Part shown: one piece after another, positions 1-10,839 of the stretch | Layout of the letters: each line of letters starts with the position of its first letter | How positions within the stretch are numbered: position 1 is the first letter of the stretch | NCBI GenBank assembly: GCA_045604405.1 | Contig: JAZUNZ010000018.1 | Location: 69,519-133,518, forward strand | Origin: Clostridia bacterium | Lineage (GTDB): Bacteria > Bacillota > Clostridia > TANB77 > CAG-465 | Reading direction: 5' to 3' | DNA: 64,000 nt | Notes under the pieces: generated by a model | Seen by the model: the letters and a program-made list of their open reading frames with translations, nothing else | Told to the model about the DNA's origin: nothing | The model's database searches: none | Made by a program: the position numbers and the translations under genes

Positions 1-1053
1 CTTTTAGACGAGCCAACAAACGGTTTAGACTTACCAGCAGTAGAATGGTTAGAGGAATTTTTAATAAACTTTGAAAACACAGTAATTGTAGTATCACATG
101 ACAGATATTTCTTAAATAAAGTATGTACACATATTGCAGACATAGACTATGGAAAGATACAACTATTCGTAGGTAACTATGATTTTTGGTATGAATCTAG
201 TAAACTTATTCAAAGACAAATGAAAGAGGCTAACAAGAAAAAAGAAGATAGAATAAAAGAATTACAAGACTTTATAGCAAGATTTAGCGCTAACGCGTCA
301 AAATCTAAACAAGCCACTTCTAGAAAGAAAATGTTAGAAAAGATTGTTTTAGATGATATAAAACCATCAAGCAGAAGATATCCATTTATAGATTTTAAGC
401 CAGATAGGGATATTGGAAATGATGTATTAGTAGTAAAGAATCTTTCTAAAACAGTAGATGGCAAAAAAGTAATAGACAATGTATCATTTACAATGACTAA
501 AGAAGATAAAATTGCATTTGTTGGCGAAAACAGCGCAGGAATATCTGCTTTAATGGAAATATTATCTGGCGAATCTAAACCGGATTCTGGGGAATTTAAA
601 TGGGGTCAAACAGTGACAACATCATATTTTCCAAGAGAAAACATTGAATTTTTTAAAGGAGATATAAGTCTAACAGATTGGTTAAGACAATATTCTAAAG
701 AAAAAGAAGATGCTTTTGTTAGAGGATATCTAGGAAGAATGTTATTCTCCGGAGAAGAAAGCTTGAAGAAAACTAATGTGATATCTGGAGGAGAAAGAGT
801 AAGATGTATGTTAACGCGCATGATGTTATCTGGCGCTAATGCACTTTTACTAGATGAACCAACAAATCATTTAGACATGGAAAGCATAACAGCTTTAAAT
901 GAGGGAATGCAAAACTTTAAAGGAGTGTTATTATTTAGATCATATGACCATCAATTAGTTCAAACAGTAGCAAATAGAATAATAGATTTAACGCCAGGAA
1001 ACTTTAAAGACAGAAAATGTACATATGATGAGTATCTAGAAGCAAATAAATAA
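1..1053 (+). CDS. ABC-F family ATPase, C-terminal part (5' end outside window)
   Basis: Frame is open from base 1 (LLDEPTNGLD, Walker B of cassette 1). The second cassette has the ABC signature LSGGERVR and Walker B LLLDEPTNHLD. No TM segments. Same frame as track ORF 220..1053. Confidence 0.85.
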   Translation, partial: LLDEPTNGLDLPAVEWLEEFLINFENTVIVVSHDRYFLNKVCTHIADIDYGKIQLFVGNYDFWYESSKLIQRQMKEANKKKEDRIKELQDFIARFSANASKSKQATSRKKMLEKIVLDDIKPSSRRYPFIDFKPDRDIGNDVLVVKNLSKTVDGKKVIDNVSFTMTKEDKIAFVGENSAGISALMEILSGESKPDSGEFKWGQTVTTSYFPRENIEFFKGDISLTDWLRQYSKEKEDAFVRGYLGRMLFSGEESLKKTNVISGGERVRCMLTRMMLSGANALLLDEPTNHLDMESITALNEGMQNFKGVLLFRSYDHQLVQTVANRIIDLTPGNFKDRKCTYDEYLEANK

Positions 1054-1107
1054 TTGTAACAAATATATCTTCGCATGCGTAAAATATCGTATGTGGAGGT
1101 ATTTTTT

Positions 1108-2091
1108 ATGGATATTGTTGTGCAAAAATATGGAGGAACTTCTGTAGCAGATAAAGAAAAACTTGAAATTGTTATTAATAAGATATTATCTGCCATAAAG
1201 GAGAATAACAAAGTAGTTGTTGTGGTTTCAGCTCAAGGAAAAACAACAGATTCATTAATAAACAAAGCAAATGAATATTGTGAAAAAACATATGGTAAAG
1301 AAATGGATTTGTTGCTTTCAACAGGAGAAATACAAACGGTTGCTTTACTTACCATGATGTTAAAAAATAAAGGATATGACGCAATTGGAATGACAGGTGG
1401 GCAAGCGGGAGTAATTACTGATTCTAATTTTTCCAATGCAAAGATAAAAATGATAATGCATGAAAATATAACTAAACATTTAGAAAGTGGAAAGATAGTA
1501 GTTGTTGCGGGATTTCAAGGGGTAGATAAGTTTGGTAATATTACAACACTTGGTCGTGGTGGCAGTGATTTATCCGCTGTAGCTATAGCAGCAAGTCTTA
1601 AAGCTGTAAGATGTGAGATTTATACAGATGTTGATGGGGTGTTTTCTGCTGACCCTAATGTAATACAAAATACTAAGTTATTAGAAACTGTGTCTTATGA
1701 TGAAATGCTAGAAGCAGCAACGGCCGGTGCGAAGGTGTTGCACAATAGATCGGTTGGAATTGGCAAAAAATATAAAATGAAAATAAGAGTAAAGAATACA
1801 AGAAATGATAAAGCAGGAACACTAGTGTATAGTGAAAATGACGAAGTAAATGAAGATATAAAGTCTAAGATGTTAGCAATTGAAAACAATTTAGCTAAAA
1901 TAAGTATCATAGGTCAAAACTTTATATCTAATTTAGAATATTTAACAAAAATATATGAGGCTGCAAAAGAAAAAAATATAATTATACATATATTGAATCT
2001 CAGCGAAACAATGGTAAGCATTATTGTTAAAGAGAAAGATGCTAAGGAACTAGCAAATATATTACACGAAAAATTAATATTAAACAAATAG
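1108..2091 (+). CDS. aspartate kinase (short, single ACT-region form)
   Basis: ATG at 1108 follows TGGAGGT. N-terminus is MDIVVQKYGGTSV, with GRGGSD and a C-terminal ACT-like region. The earlier ATG at 1075 lacks an RBS. Confidence 0.85.
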   Translation: MDIVVQKYGGTSVADKEKLEIVINKILSAIKENNKVVVVVSAQGKTTDSLINKANEYCEKTYGKEMDLLLSTGEIQTVALLTMMLKNKGYDAIGMTGGQAGVITDSNFSNAKIKMIMHENITKHLESGKIVVVAGFQGVDKFGNITTLGRGGSDLSAVAIAASLKAVRCEIYTDVDGVFSADPNVIQNTKLLETVSYDEMLEAATAGAKVLHNRSVGIGKKYKMKIRVKNTRNDKAGTLVYSENDEVNEDIKSKMLAIENNLAKISIIGQNFISNLEYLTKIYEAAKEKNIIIHILNLSETMVSIIVKEKDAKELANILHEKLILNK

Positions 2092-2140
2092 AAAAGGACT
2101 GCCAATTGAAGTGTATTTCAATTGGAAGTCTCTAATTCTT

Positions 2141-3034
2141 TTAATATTGGGTAAGCGCGATTTGACAAAGTTTATACACATCTTCCTTGGTTTCTGCGCG
2201 AGCAAAAAACAAATTGTTATGACAGAATGTTGCTGTATCCACACCAGAAACTTCAGGGAGCGTCGAAGTAAGTCCAGCCCAGTGACGAGGAAAAGGGATT
2301 CTTTGCTCAAAATGATGAACAAGTGATGGTGGTACTGCCTGTGCTGCATAACCGCCTGCTGAATAAGGAAATACAACGAAATCCACTGGAATGTCTGCAA
2401 GCGTATTGTATTTGATAACCTTTGGTTTCCAATCAATGAATTGACTTGGAATTTCCAAAATATGAGATTGCAAATTGTGTCTGGATAATAGATCCATCAT
2501 AATATGATCGGAATCTTCATTTACAATTTCTTTTCTTATTGAGTTGATCAAAATTTCTCTTGTAAGAGCCAAGGCGTCATTAAACCTTATATCGGCTTTG
2601 GTAAAGTCTTCGTTCCAATTTGGAATGAAGAATGGAATAAAATCGAAAAGAGATGATGCCATATAGTCATTATCAATTTTGTCGACAGGCTCAATTATAT
2701 TCTTATCAACCCGTATAGCCACATCATTAATGAGGTGTTCAGGGCAATCACAAGATTTAAGAATATCGTGTGAGTATTTTTTCCATACAAGACCTGCGCT
2801 TGCGTAAGGAGTATTGTTTTCCCTACAGCCGTTGCCTCCTGGCATATGATGGTCAAATTCTCCGCCGCCAACATCTACTAAATAGTCACAGGTATTGAGA
2901 ATAATTGGATCACGGGACCGTTTTACTTTAACATTTGAGTTATGCAAAATAGAAAGTAAAGCAACAGCTACCACTTCATCTTGGTGGAAAATACCACTAT
3001 GTGTACCTACAGAAATTCTTTTATTAGTATTCAT
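2141..3034 (-). CDS. MYG1/UPF0160 family metal-dependent hydrolase
   Basis: Start ATG at 3034 is preceded by GGAGGA. N-terminus is MNTNKRISVGTHSGIFHQDEV, followed by an HH-rich metal motif (FDHHMPGG). The upstream 120 codons of the track ORF are low-complexity and overlap the next gene's promoter. Confidence 0.7.
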   Translation of the reverse strand: MNTNKRISVGTHSGIFHQDEVVAVALLSILHNSNVKVKRSRDPIILNTCDYLVDVGGGEFDHHMPGGNGCRENNTPYASAGLVWKKYSHDILKSCDCPEHLINDVAIRVDKNIIEPVDKIDNDYMASSLFDFIPFFIPNWNEDFTKADIRFNDALALTREILINSIRKEIVNEDSDHIMMDLLSRHNLQSHILEIPSQFIDWKPKVIKYNTLADIPVDFVVFPYSAGGYAAQAVPPSLVHHFEQRIPFPRHWAGLTSTLPEVSGVDTATFCHNNLFFARAETKEDVYKLCQIALTQY

Positions 3035-3162
3035 TAGAACATCCTCCAAAAAAATATTTACCCACATATTATAGCATAGAACTTTACATAAATCAAATAA
3101 TATGGTTGAAAAAAGTGTAAGGAGGAGGTATAATAAATGTTGTAAAATAGGAAGGATAAAAA

Positions 3163-4200
3163 ATGAAATTAATCGACTTAAAAAATAGTAATGAATATGA
3201 CAGAATTGAAGACGCGGCAAAGACAATACAAAATGGTGGACTAGTACTATTTCCAACGGAAACGGTATATGGGTTAGGGGCAAATGGTTTAGATGAAATA
3301 GCCGTAAAAAAAATATTTGAAGCCAAGGGGAGAGCACAAGATAATCCATTAATATTACATATAGCAAATACGGACATGTTAGCCCAAATTGCAACGGATA
3401 TTACACAGTTAGAATATAAACTAATGGATGCTTTTTGGCCAGGACCTTTTACTATAATATTAAATAAAAAAGCAATTGTGCCAAGTGTGGTAACTGGAGG
3501 ACTAAATACAGTCGCTGTAAGAATGCCGTCAAACATCATAGCAAACAAACTTATACAATATTCTGGAGTACCAATTGCAGCTCCTAGCGCAAACATTTCT
3601 GGAAAGCCAAGTGGAACATGTCTTGAAGATATATATGATGAATTGGCAAATAAAATGGACTATATAATAGATGGTGGCAAATGTGAAGTGGGTCTAGAAT
3701 CTACTGTCGTAAAAGTTGAAAATAATCAAGTAAAAATATTACGTCCGGGAAAAATAACAAAGGAGCAAATAGAAGAAATAATCAATTATGTAGAATATGA
3801 CAAACACATATTTGAAGATTTAAAGTCTAATGAGGCTGTATTATCACCTGGTATGAAGTACAAGCATTATGCGCCAGATACTAAATGTGTTTTGGTGTAC
3901 GGAAAAGAAAATGATAAGATGGTAGAAAAAATTAACGAATTAACGACACAAGGTGACGATAGTTTGGTTATATGTTCTAATGAAAATGTAGACAGATACT
4001 TGTCAAAGAAAGTTTTAAGTTATGGTTCAAAAACAAATAAAGAAGAAATAGCAAGGAATATATTTACTATACTCAGAAAGGTAGATACTCTTGAAGTAGA
4101 CACTGTGTATATTGAAGGTATAGAAAAAGAAGGAATAGGTATTGCAATAATGAATAGGCTTATAAGAGCATGTTCGCATAATTATATAGAATTAGATTAA
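3163..4200 (+). CDS. L-threonylcarbamoyladenylate synthase (Sua5/YwlC type)
   Basis: Contains FPTETVYGLGAN, NPLILH, VAVRMPS and APSANISGKPS motifs. The 345-aa length fits a TsaC domain plus a Sua5 C-terminal domain. Confidence 0.85.
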   Translation: MKLIDLKNSNEYDRIEDAAKTIQNGGLVLFPTETVYGLGANGLDEIAVKKIFEAKGRAQDNPLILHIANTDMLAQIATDITQLEYKLMDAFWPGPFTIILNKKAIVPSVVTGGLNTVAVRMPSNIIANKLIQYSGVPIAAPSANISGKPSGTCLEDIYDELANKMDYIIDGGKCEVGLESTVVKVENNQVKILRPGKITKEQIEEIINYVEYDKHIFEDLKSNEAVLSPGMKYKHYAPDTKCVLVYGKENDKMVEKINELTTQGDDSLVICSNENVDRYLSKKVLSYGSKTNKEEIARNIFTILRKVDTLEVDTVYIEGIEKEGIGIAIMNRLIRACSHNYIELD

Positions 4201-4298
4201 AATACAAAAGCGTAGCATAAATATAGTGTTGCGCTTTTATATTATTCATAAAAAGGAAGTAATATATCATATACTTGTAACTAAGGAGAGTGATTTTT

Positions 4299-5585
4299 TT
4301 GAATCCGTTTGAACAAACACCGATAGACTTAAACAAATCGTTTATGAACTGGAAGGAAATTTATCCTAAATCATATGATAAAAATTGTGTAGATCCTTAT
4401 ACAAAAACAAGAATAATACTTATGAATGGAGCTGAAACCGAACAAGTATTTTTCTTACACCAATTCAGTAGGAATTGTAACAATAATGATGTAAGAAGAC
4501 ATTTGGCGACAATAAGAAGAGCATCACAACAAATGCAAAAATTAATACAATGTTTGAAGCCAATAAATGAGAGTGCGTTAGAAGAAACTATAAGTTATGA
4601 GATGCTTGCGGTAGATTTAACAGCAAGACTTGCTCAAACAGAACCGGATCCATATGTAAAGAAAGCATTGGATTTTGCTCTTTTAGAGGATTTTGATCAT
4701 TTATATAGATACTCAAATCTTCTAGAGATGGATTATGGAATACCAGCAGAAAAATTAGTTGGAAGATATACAGAAATAATGCCTGCTAGACCTACCATTG
4801 CACATCATAGATGTCCTGTAGATAGCGTTAGATTCCATATAGATAATGATAGAGCTGACATTCTTACAAAACTGCATATAAACATAATAACTGCAGCAGA
4901 ACAACAAACAATGAACTTCTATATGAATATATGTAATTTATATCCAACAGATTTAGGTAGAAGATTATATCAAGAAATAGGAATGGTAGAAGAGCAACAT
5001 GTAACCCAATATGGAAGTTTAATGGATACAAATGTGGGATGGTTTGAAAACTTACTAATGCATATGTACACAATGTGTTATTTATATTATTCTTGCATGT
5101 GCGACGAGACAAATATATGTGTTAAAAAAGTATGGGAAGAAGGATATATACGTTCTGTAGCAGGATTACATCTTGCGGCATATCTTTTAAGAGAATATGA
5201 TGGAAAAGATCCAATGTGCGTAATTCCAAACGGAACATTCCCAGAACTTTTAAAACTTGGCCCAAATATAGAATATGTAAGAGAAGTGCTAAAATGTACA
5301 GTAGATTATACGGCCTTAAGAGAAGATTATGTACCAGTTCAAAATTTACAGCCAAATGCGGATTTCTTTGCTTATCAAGGAATGGTTAATGATCCAGTAG
5401 AATGTGTACCAAGCCATAATGTCATAGAAAAATATATTTCTAAAAATGGTTGTGATTATAGATTTGAGGTTGCACCAAATCCAATACCAGAATTAAGGAA
5501 CAGAAGACAGGACAACACAACAGTTGGTAGAACGTGGTCGTGTCAAAGATATAGAAAAAGTAGCGGAGAAGAAAATAACAAATAG
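4299..5585 (+). CDS. ferritin-like (di-iron carboxylate type) superfamily protein, function unknown
   Basis: Long ORF. TTG at 4299 lies 10 nt after GGAGAG; the track's GTG at 4290 abuts the RBS. ExxH-type pairs are present (LLEDFDH, VEEQHV). Confidence 0.45.
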   Translation: MNPFEQTPIDLNKSFMNWKEIYPKSYDKNCVDPYTKTRIILMNGAETEQVFFLHQFSRNCNNNDVRRHLATIRRASQQMQKLIQCLKPINESALEETISYEMLAVDLTARLAQTEPDPYVKKALDFALLEDFDHLYRYSNLLEMDYGIPAEKLVGRYTEIMPARPTIAHHRCPVDSVRFHIDNDRADILTKLHINIITAAEQQTMNFYMNICNLYPTDLGRRLYQEIGMVEEQHVTQYGSLMDTNVGWFENLLMHMYTMCYLYYSCMCDETNICVKKVWEEGYIRSVAGLHLAAYLLREYDGKDPMCVIPNGTFPELLKLGPNIEYVREVLKCTVDYTALREDYVPVQNLQPNADFFAYQGMVNDPVECVPSHNVIEKYISKNGCDYRFEVAPNPIPELRNRRQDNTTVGRTWSCQRYRKSSGEENNK

Positions 5586-5618
5586 TATTTATATGGAAAA
5601 AGAAAAGTAGCATGTTTG

Positions 5619-6218
5619 CTACTTTTCTATCATTTCAATTGCTTTTTCTAATGTTAAACTTTCATTGTGTACTTCTTGGACTTTACCACTTTTATCTACA
5701 ACATAAGATATTGGAATAGTTGAAGCTTCAGGATCTATAGTTTTTCTAATTATTCTTTTTAAATCAACTTTAACTTCAGAACTTCCAAAATCCACATCGT
5801 TTTCTATTAGGTTAATTAAATCAGTTACAGTGTTATCATATTCGTGCGCTATTAAAACAACATTCACATTTTTATTATCTTTATAGTAATCTAAAATCTT
5901 TTCTATCTCACTAACTTCTTCTTTACAATTTGGACACCAAGAAGCAAACATAATTAATAAGTTTTTCTTTGCCGTAAAAAAGTTATTATCATACTCATTA
6001 ACAACTCTAAGAGTAGTTTTAACCTTTGTAGAAATTACAGTATCATTTCCCTCTGTAGGCAGGTCTAGATTATTATTCTCAAGTTCTGTGTTATCTATTA
6101 TATTATTACCGTTGTTTGGGACCTCCTCATTGTTGCGAGTTATAGAGTACATGCAAACGGTTGCTATTACTAAAATTATAAAAATAATGGTTACTACAAG
6201 TGATGGCTTTTTAAACAT
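5619..6218 (-). CDS. membrane-anchored thioredoxin-fold thiol:disulfide oxidoreductase (TlpA/ResA-like)
   Basis: N-terminal TM helix, WCPNC active-site motif, thioredoxin-fold length. Confidence 0.75.
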   Translation of the reverse strand: MFKKPSLVVTIIFIILVIATVCMYSITRNNEEVPNNGNNIIDNTELENNNLDLPTEGNDTVISTKVKTTLRVVNEYDNNFFTAKKNLLIMFASWCPNCKEEVSEIEKILDYYKDNKNVNVVLIAHEYDNTVTDLINLIENDVDFGSSEVKVDLKRIIRKTIDPEASTIPISYVVDKSGKVQEVHNESLTLEKAIEMIEK

Positions 6219-6330
6219 TAATTAGCTCCTCCTAAATATGAGTACATTATACACAATTTATGATTAAAAAACAATAAAATTTATTGTAAAATGAAATTAT
6301 ATAAGATATAATTTTGGTGAGGTAGTTAAA

Positions 6331-6711
6331 GTGGACGTAAGAGAAGTAAATGTAAAAACACTAGCATACATTGGAGATGTTGTTTATGAGTTATATATAA
6401 GAGAACACGTTATTTCAAACTCTCATGAACAGGTAAACAGATTGCATAAAAAAACAATTAAGTATGTAAGTGCAAAAGCTCAAGCAAAAATAGTGGAAGT
6501 ATTAACAAACGAGTTTTCAGAAGAAGAAAAAGATATAATCCGTAGAGGCAGGAATGCGGAAGCCAATACTGTGCCTAAGAATACGGATGTAATAACATAT
6601 AAAATAGCAACAGGTTTTGAAGCTTTAATAGGATATTTGTACTTAAGTAAAAATGAAACTAGGCTAAGACAGGTAATAACAAGAAGCATAGAAATTATTG
6701 AAGGAGTGTAA
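6331..6711 (+). CDS. mrnC: mini-ribonuclease 3
   Basis: LAYIGDVVYELYIREH and FEALIGYLYL motifs. At 126 aa it fits Mini-III RNase. Confidence 0.85.
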   Translation: MDVREVNVKTLAYIGDVVYELYIREHVISNSHEQVNRLHKKTIKYVSAKAQAKIVEVLTNEFSEEEKDIIRRGRNAEANTVPKNTDVITYKIATGFEALIGYLYLSKNETRLRQVITRSIEIIEGV

Positions 6712-6714
6712 GCC

Positions 6715-6984
6715 ATGAAAAATAAAAGAATGGAAATAGATGAATATATTCCACAAGACCCACTAGAATTTTTAAAAGGATATGAGGATAAGGAATGCTT
6801 TACAGAAGTACTATATACATTTGGGGACCAAGAGATACTTAAGGAAAATGGAAAGTTCTATCTAGCAAATACAATTTATCCAACATGTAATAAAGAAATA
6901 ACAAGAGAGATGGCGACAGAAATCTGGCAAAGTTGTAATATGAAGGAAAGGTCAGATGTTTCTATGAATTTTGACTTAAAGTAG
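6715..6984 (+). CDS. hypothetical protein (89 aa)
   Basis: ORF starts 4 nt after the mrnC stop. Protein-like composition. No recognised motif. Confidence 0.5.
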   Translation: MKNKRMEIDEYIPQDPLEFLKGYEDKECFTEVLYTFGDQEILKENGKFYLANTIYPTCNKEITREMATEIWQSCNMKERSDVSMNFDLK

Positions 6985-7060
6985 AGTGCATATAACATAT
7001 GCATTCTTTTTTCACACATTTTAAATACCGCCATATAATATACAGTAGGAGGAATAAAAA

Positions 7061-7645
7061 ATGGAATTTGATAGAAATTATATGGGGTATGGCCCTATGA
7101 TGAACCAAATAGATAATTGTCCGGGACAATGTTTAAAATTTGAAAACAAATATATGGAAAAAGGAATGCCACCATATATGTATGGTAAATGTATGGAAAA
7201 ATGGGATGACGTACCCAATATGTGTTCTAAATACATGCCTGCTTGGGATAAAATGCCGATGCATTATGATGTAAGAGGAGATAATACGATGTACCATATG
7301 CATCAAAACATGGAGCCATTAGAGAACATGTGTGGAAAAACATATAAAGTACTTATTGTGCATGTACATAAAACAATGCATAAAATAATGCTAGAGAATA
7401 TGGGTGTAATGCCTAAAGCAATATCTAAGGATAAGTTTAATAAGGAAATGAACGATATGATCTGTGAGGTAATGAAAAAAGAAGATGAGATAAAGAAAAT
7501 AGTAGTTATAGACAGAAAAGAAACAGATGATGTTGAAAGCACAGCCAGAGCATTCTGCCCATTCTGTAACGGATTATTAAGAGATGCCTTAGGAATCTTA
7601 TTTGTTACAGAGTTACTAAAAGGTGGCTGTACATTCTGTTATTAA
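7061..7645 (+). CDS. Met/His/Cys-rich hypothetical protein
   Basis: GGAGGA RBS. 194-aa ORF with many Met residues (MYHMHQNM, MHKIM) and terminal Cys pairs (CPFC, CTFC). Confidence 0.6.
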   Translation: MEFDRNYMGYGPMMNQIDNCPGQCLKFENKYMEKGMPPYMYGKCMEKWDDVPNMCSKYMPAWDKMPMHYDVRGDNTMYHMHQNMEPLENMCGKTYKVLIVHVHKTMHKIMLENMGVMPKAISKDKFNKEMNDMICEVMKKEDEIKKIVVIDRKETDDVESTARAFCPFCNGLLRDALGILFVTELLKGGCTFCY

Positions 7646-7785
7646 TGAAAAATATAATGTATGAAATAAAAGCGAGGTTTGTAAACCTTGCTTTTATTCG
7701 TGCTTAGGATAAATGGTTATAATTGACAAAATTCGACAAACAAAACTGGAGAAAAATGTTATCATATATATCATGGGAGGACTTT

Positions 7786-8238
7786 ATGATTAACAATACA
7801 AAGGTAGTAATTGCAGATGATATGGAGCCAATATTGTTATATATAGAAAAATTATTATCTGAAATTAATGAAATTCAACTAGTAGGCAAAGCAAAAAATG
7901 GTAAGGAACTAGTAGAAATTGTATGCATGAAAAAGCCGGACTTAGTAATAACAGATGTAGAAATGCCAAAATATACTGGTATCCAAGCTATAGAAGAATT
8001 AAATAAATTAGGAGTAAATTCAAAATATATTCTTATTACTAGTAACGGAAATGCAATTATAACCTCTAAAGCAAATGAAATGGGGATTTTAACAGTTATA
8101 AAAAAACCAATATTAGATGATAAAAAGTTTATAGAACAAATTAGAAAGCACATAACAAATGAAAATATTGACAAAGGTTGTGAAGAAAAAATAGAAGCAT
8201 CAAAGCTAACAGATAAACAAATAAAAAAGAAACTATAA
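7786..8238 (+). CDS. single-domain CheY-like response regulator
   Basis: ATG at 7786 follows GGGAGGA. The receiver domain has VVIADD ... DLVITDVEMP ... ILITS; no output domain. Confidence 0.7.
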   Translation: MINNTKVVIADDMEPILLYIEKLLSEINEIQLVGKAKNGKELVEIVCMKKPDLVITDVEMPKYTGIQAIEELNKLGVNSKYILITSNGNAIITSKANEMGILTVIKKPILDDKKFIEQIRKHITNENIDKGCEEKIEASKLTDKQIKKKL

Positions 8239-8414
8239 TTAGAAGAATAATAGGAAAAAATTTTAACAGTAAATAGGCTTAAAAAAGCTTATTTACTTGA
8301 TTTTTTACCCTCTCTGTAATAAAATATATGAAAAGTTGAATTAAAATCAAATTGTGACAAAATACGATGGTATAGTTGCTGTATTATATGTGTAAAAAAG
8401 TAAGAGGTGTTCAC

Positions 8415-10766
8415 ATGATATTTGAAGAAGATTTAGTAGTTGAAGAAAGGGTAAATATAAAAACAAATAGATTTAAACAAGTAGTTGATACTTTTAAAAG
8501 TTTATTTGATTACAAAACGATTCCATACCTTATAGTTCTTTTACTTACTTGTATGACAAGCTTTATGGGAGTAAGTCCATTTGGTATTGTAATGTTAGGA
8601 ATAGCCACGGTATTTAATATACCGCTTGCGGTGCCACTTATTGCAACCATTATATGTTATTTAATATTTGGCGCGGACGTAAGCATGTTTGTAAATTATG
8701 GACTAGTATATGTGTTATATATAGTATTTACCTCAGTTATAGAGATTGAAGGATATAGTAAAAAGTATATAACTATGATAAAACTGGCTGGAGCCACACT
8801 TATATCCAACGTAATAACATGTTTAATATTTAGGCAGACAAGCTTTTCTGTTTCCCAAGCCATAACACACTTATTGCTTACAGTATCATTTTACTCAGTG
8901 TTTACTTATGGGATGTCAATGTTACTTAACATTACTAAAAAGATTGTGTTTTCTAAAGAAGAAATTATAAGTTTTGGAATTGTATTATCATTGTTATTAA
9001 TACCGTTTTATAGATTTAGTATATTAGGCTTTAACATAGCTAATGTAATAATAATGGCAATAATTATGATTATTGCGTGGAAAAACGATTGGATGGTTGG
9101 TACTGCTACAGGAGTTTTAGTAGGGCTTATTTATACAATAGCTACTGGACAATCTTCGCTTGTACTTTCTGCATTTGCATTTTCTGGATTTATAGCGGGA
9201 GTACTTAATAGATACAATAAATATGTTGTAGTAGGAGCTTTTGTTATAGGAAATTTAGTGCTATCTTATGTGTATACTACAGATTTAATAATATGGAGTA
9301 AACTTGCTGAACTTCTAGTTGCTTCAGGCGTACTTTTAGTTTTACCAAAAAAACTTATACTAAAACTAGAAGATTTATTTGGCACTAATACTAATGGCCT
9401 AAAAAGAGGATATGAAAATTTACTTGGCGCAGGTAATGAAATAAAAGAAAGACTAAATGCCATGTCAGAGGTTTTCGAAAACTTGGCACATATAACGACA
9501 CCTGTAACAGAAGAAACAATTGATGAAACAAAAAATGTCATAAAAAAGTATTTAGAAGATTATAAGAAAAATGAATGTATCAGTTGCAAGAACAAATTAA
9601 ATTGTTTGAGAGATGAACTTGATATAGTTTCTGAACATATAGCAAAAAGGCTGGAAGAAAACAAGCCTATAACTCAAGAGATGCTGCCTGTAGATTGTGA
9701 TTTGAAACAAGAACTTTTGGAAAATATAACTGACATATATAGCAACGTTAAACTGATGAGAATTGTTAAACAAAAAGAGGATGAATCAAACAGAAAGCTT
9801 GCAGAGGAATATAAAACTATATCTAGTTTAATTAAAAATATTGCAAGAGAAGACAAACCTGTAAAAACAGATACTCCAGAACAAAAGAGGATTCGCGAAG
9901 AATTAAAATATATGGGGTATGTGGTATATGAAGATGGCTATGAGAACACAGAATCAGTTAAATATTATGAGTTCATAACAGATATTTTAGTAGATATAGA
10001 TAAAGCAAAAAGAGAAATACAAAAAATAGTAAGTGATGTGATGGGGACTAATATGAGTATAAAACTAGTTCTAAACAGCAGTAAAACTGAAAAATCTAGA
10101 ATAAAGCTTATACCAAGTAGCAAATATGTAGTAAAGGCTGTAGTAAAACAAGTTAGAAAAGCAGACAGCATGGTAAGCGGAGACTCATACATTGTAACAG
10201 AGCTTAAAGATAATAGTAAGATTATAGCTATAAGTGACGGAATGGGTTCTGGAGTGAAATCTAAAGAGGTTAGTGAAACAGTTATATCTATGATAGAGAA
10301 GATGGGAGCTAGCGGATTTAACAAGCAAGAAATATTAGATATAATAAACAAGCTTGTAAAGCTTAAAGAAAGTGGAGAAACTTCGGCAACGCTAGACATG
10401 TGTGCTATAAACGAGAGAGACAACATCTTGGAATTTATAAAACTTGGAGCAGCTCCTTCATATATAATAGAAAATGATGAAATTGTAGAGATAAAACAAG
10501 ATAATATGCCAATGGGACTTGTTTCTAGTATAAAGTACACAGCAATTGAAAGACCTGTTAATAAAGGGGATTTTGTAGTGCTAATTTCAGACGGGGCAGT
10601 AAGTGATGTGAACAAAACAGCTCTTCAAGATATATTGGAAAGTTTAAAAGAAGAATCTGAAATTACAGAGAAAAATCTTATGGATAGAATAATGGCCCGT
10701 GTAGTTGGTAGCCAAAACAAGATAGTGCTAGACGACGTAACGGTAGTTGTTTGTAAAATAGCATAA
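8415..10766 (+). CDS. spoIIE: stage II sporulation protein E (PP2C phosphatase)
   Basis: About 10 N-terminal TM segments, a central region and a C-terminal PP2C domain (SGDSY ... ISDGMGSG ... LISDGA ... DDVTVVV). ATG at 8415 follows AGAGGTG. Confidence 0.9.
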   Translation: MIFEEDLVVEERVNIKTNRFKQVVDTFKSLFDYKTIPYLIVLLLTCMTSFMGVSPFGIVMLGIATVFNIPLAVPLIATIICYLIFGADVSMFVNYGLVYVLYIVFTSVIEIEGYSKKYITMIKLAGATLISNVITCLIFRQTSFSVSQAITHLLLTVSFYSVFTYGMSMLLNITKKIVFSKEEIISFGIVLSLLLIPFYRFSILGFNIANVIIMAIIMIIAWKNDWMVGTATGVLVGLIYTIATGQSSLVLSAFAFSGFIAGVLNRYNKYVVVGAFVIGNLVLSYVYTTDLIIWSKLAELLVASGVLLVLPKKLILKLEDLFGTNTNGLKRGYENLLGAGNEIKERLNAMSEVFENLAHITTPVTEETIDETKNVIKKYLEDYKKNECISCKNKLNCLRDELDIVSEHIAKRLEENKPITQEMLPVDCDLKQELLENITDIYSNVKLMRIVKQKEDESNRKLAEEYKTISSLIKNIAREDKPVKTDTPEQKRIREELKYMGYVVYEDGYENTESVKYYEFITDILVDIDKAKREIQKIVSDVMGTNMSIKLVLNSSKTEKSRIKLIPSSKYVVKAVVKQVRKADSMVSGDSYIVTELKDNSKIIAISDGMGSGVKSKEVSETVISMIEKMGASGFNKQEILDIINKLVKLKESGETSATLDMCAINERDNILEFIKLGAAPSYIIENDEIVEIKQDNMPMGLVSSIKYTAIERPVNKGDFVVLISDGAVSDVNKTALQDILESLKEESEITEKNLMDRIMARVVGSQNKIVLDDVTVVVCKIA

Positions 10767-10839
10767 TTTAAAGGAGGAAATTTAAAAAGAATTTCCTCTT
10801 TTTGTTATATAGTATCAAAATGAATAATATATTAGTTAT

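Noticed and set aside
3035-3596. The N-terminal 120-codon extension of track ORF 2141..3394, and ORF 3093..3596 (-).
   Set aside because: The extension is hydrophobic low-complexity and overlaps the tsaC/Sua5 start region. A GGAGGA-ATG start at 3034 gives a normal MYG1-family N-terminus. ORF 3093..3596 is antisense to the well-supported Sua5 gene.
9965-10615. 216-aa ORF on the minus strand inside spoIIE. Many similar 60-140-aa antisense ORFs occur throughout the track, for example 210..479, 11556..11903, 30787..31176, 41227..41616, 47612..48022 and 60248..60598.
   Set aside because: These lie wholly inside strongly supported genes on the other strand. They are Ser/Ile/Leu/Phe-rich low-complexity translations typical of antisense frames in AT-rich DNA and have no RBS, so they are shadow ORFs.
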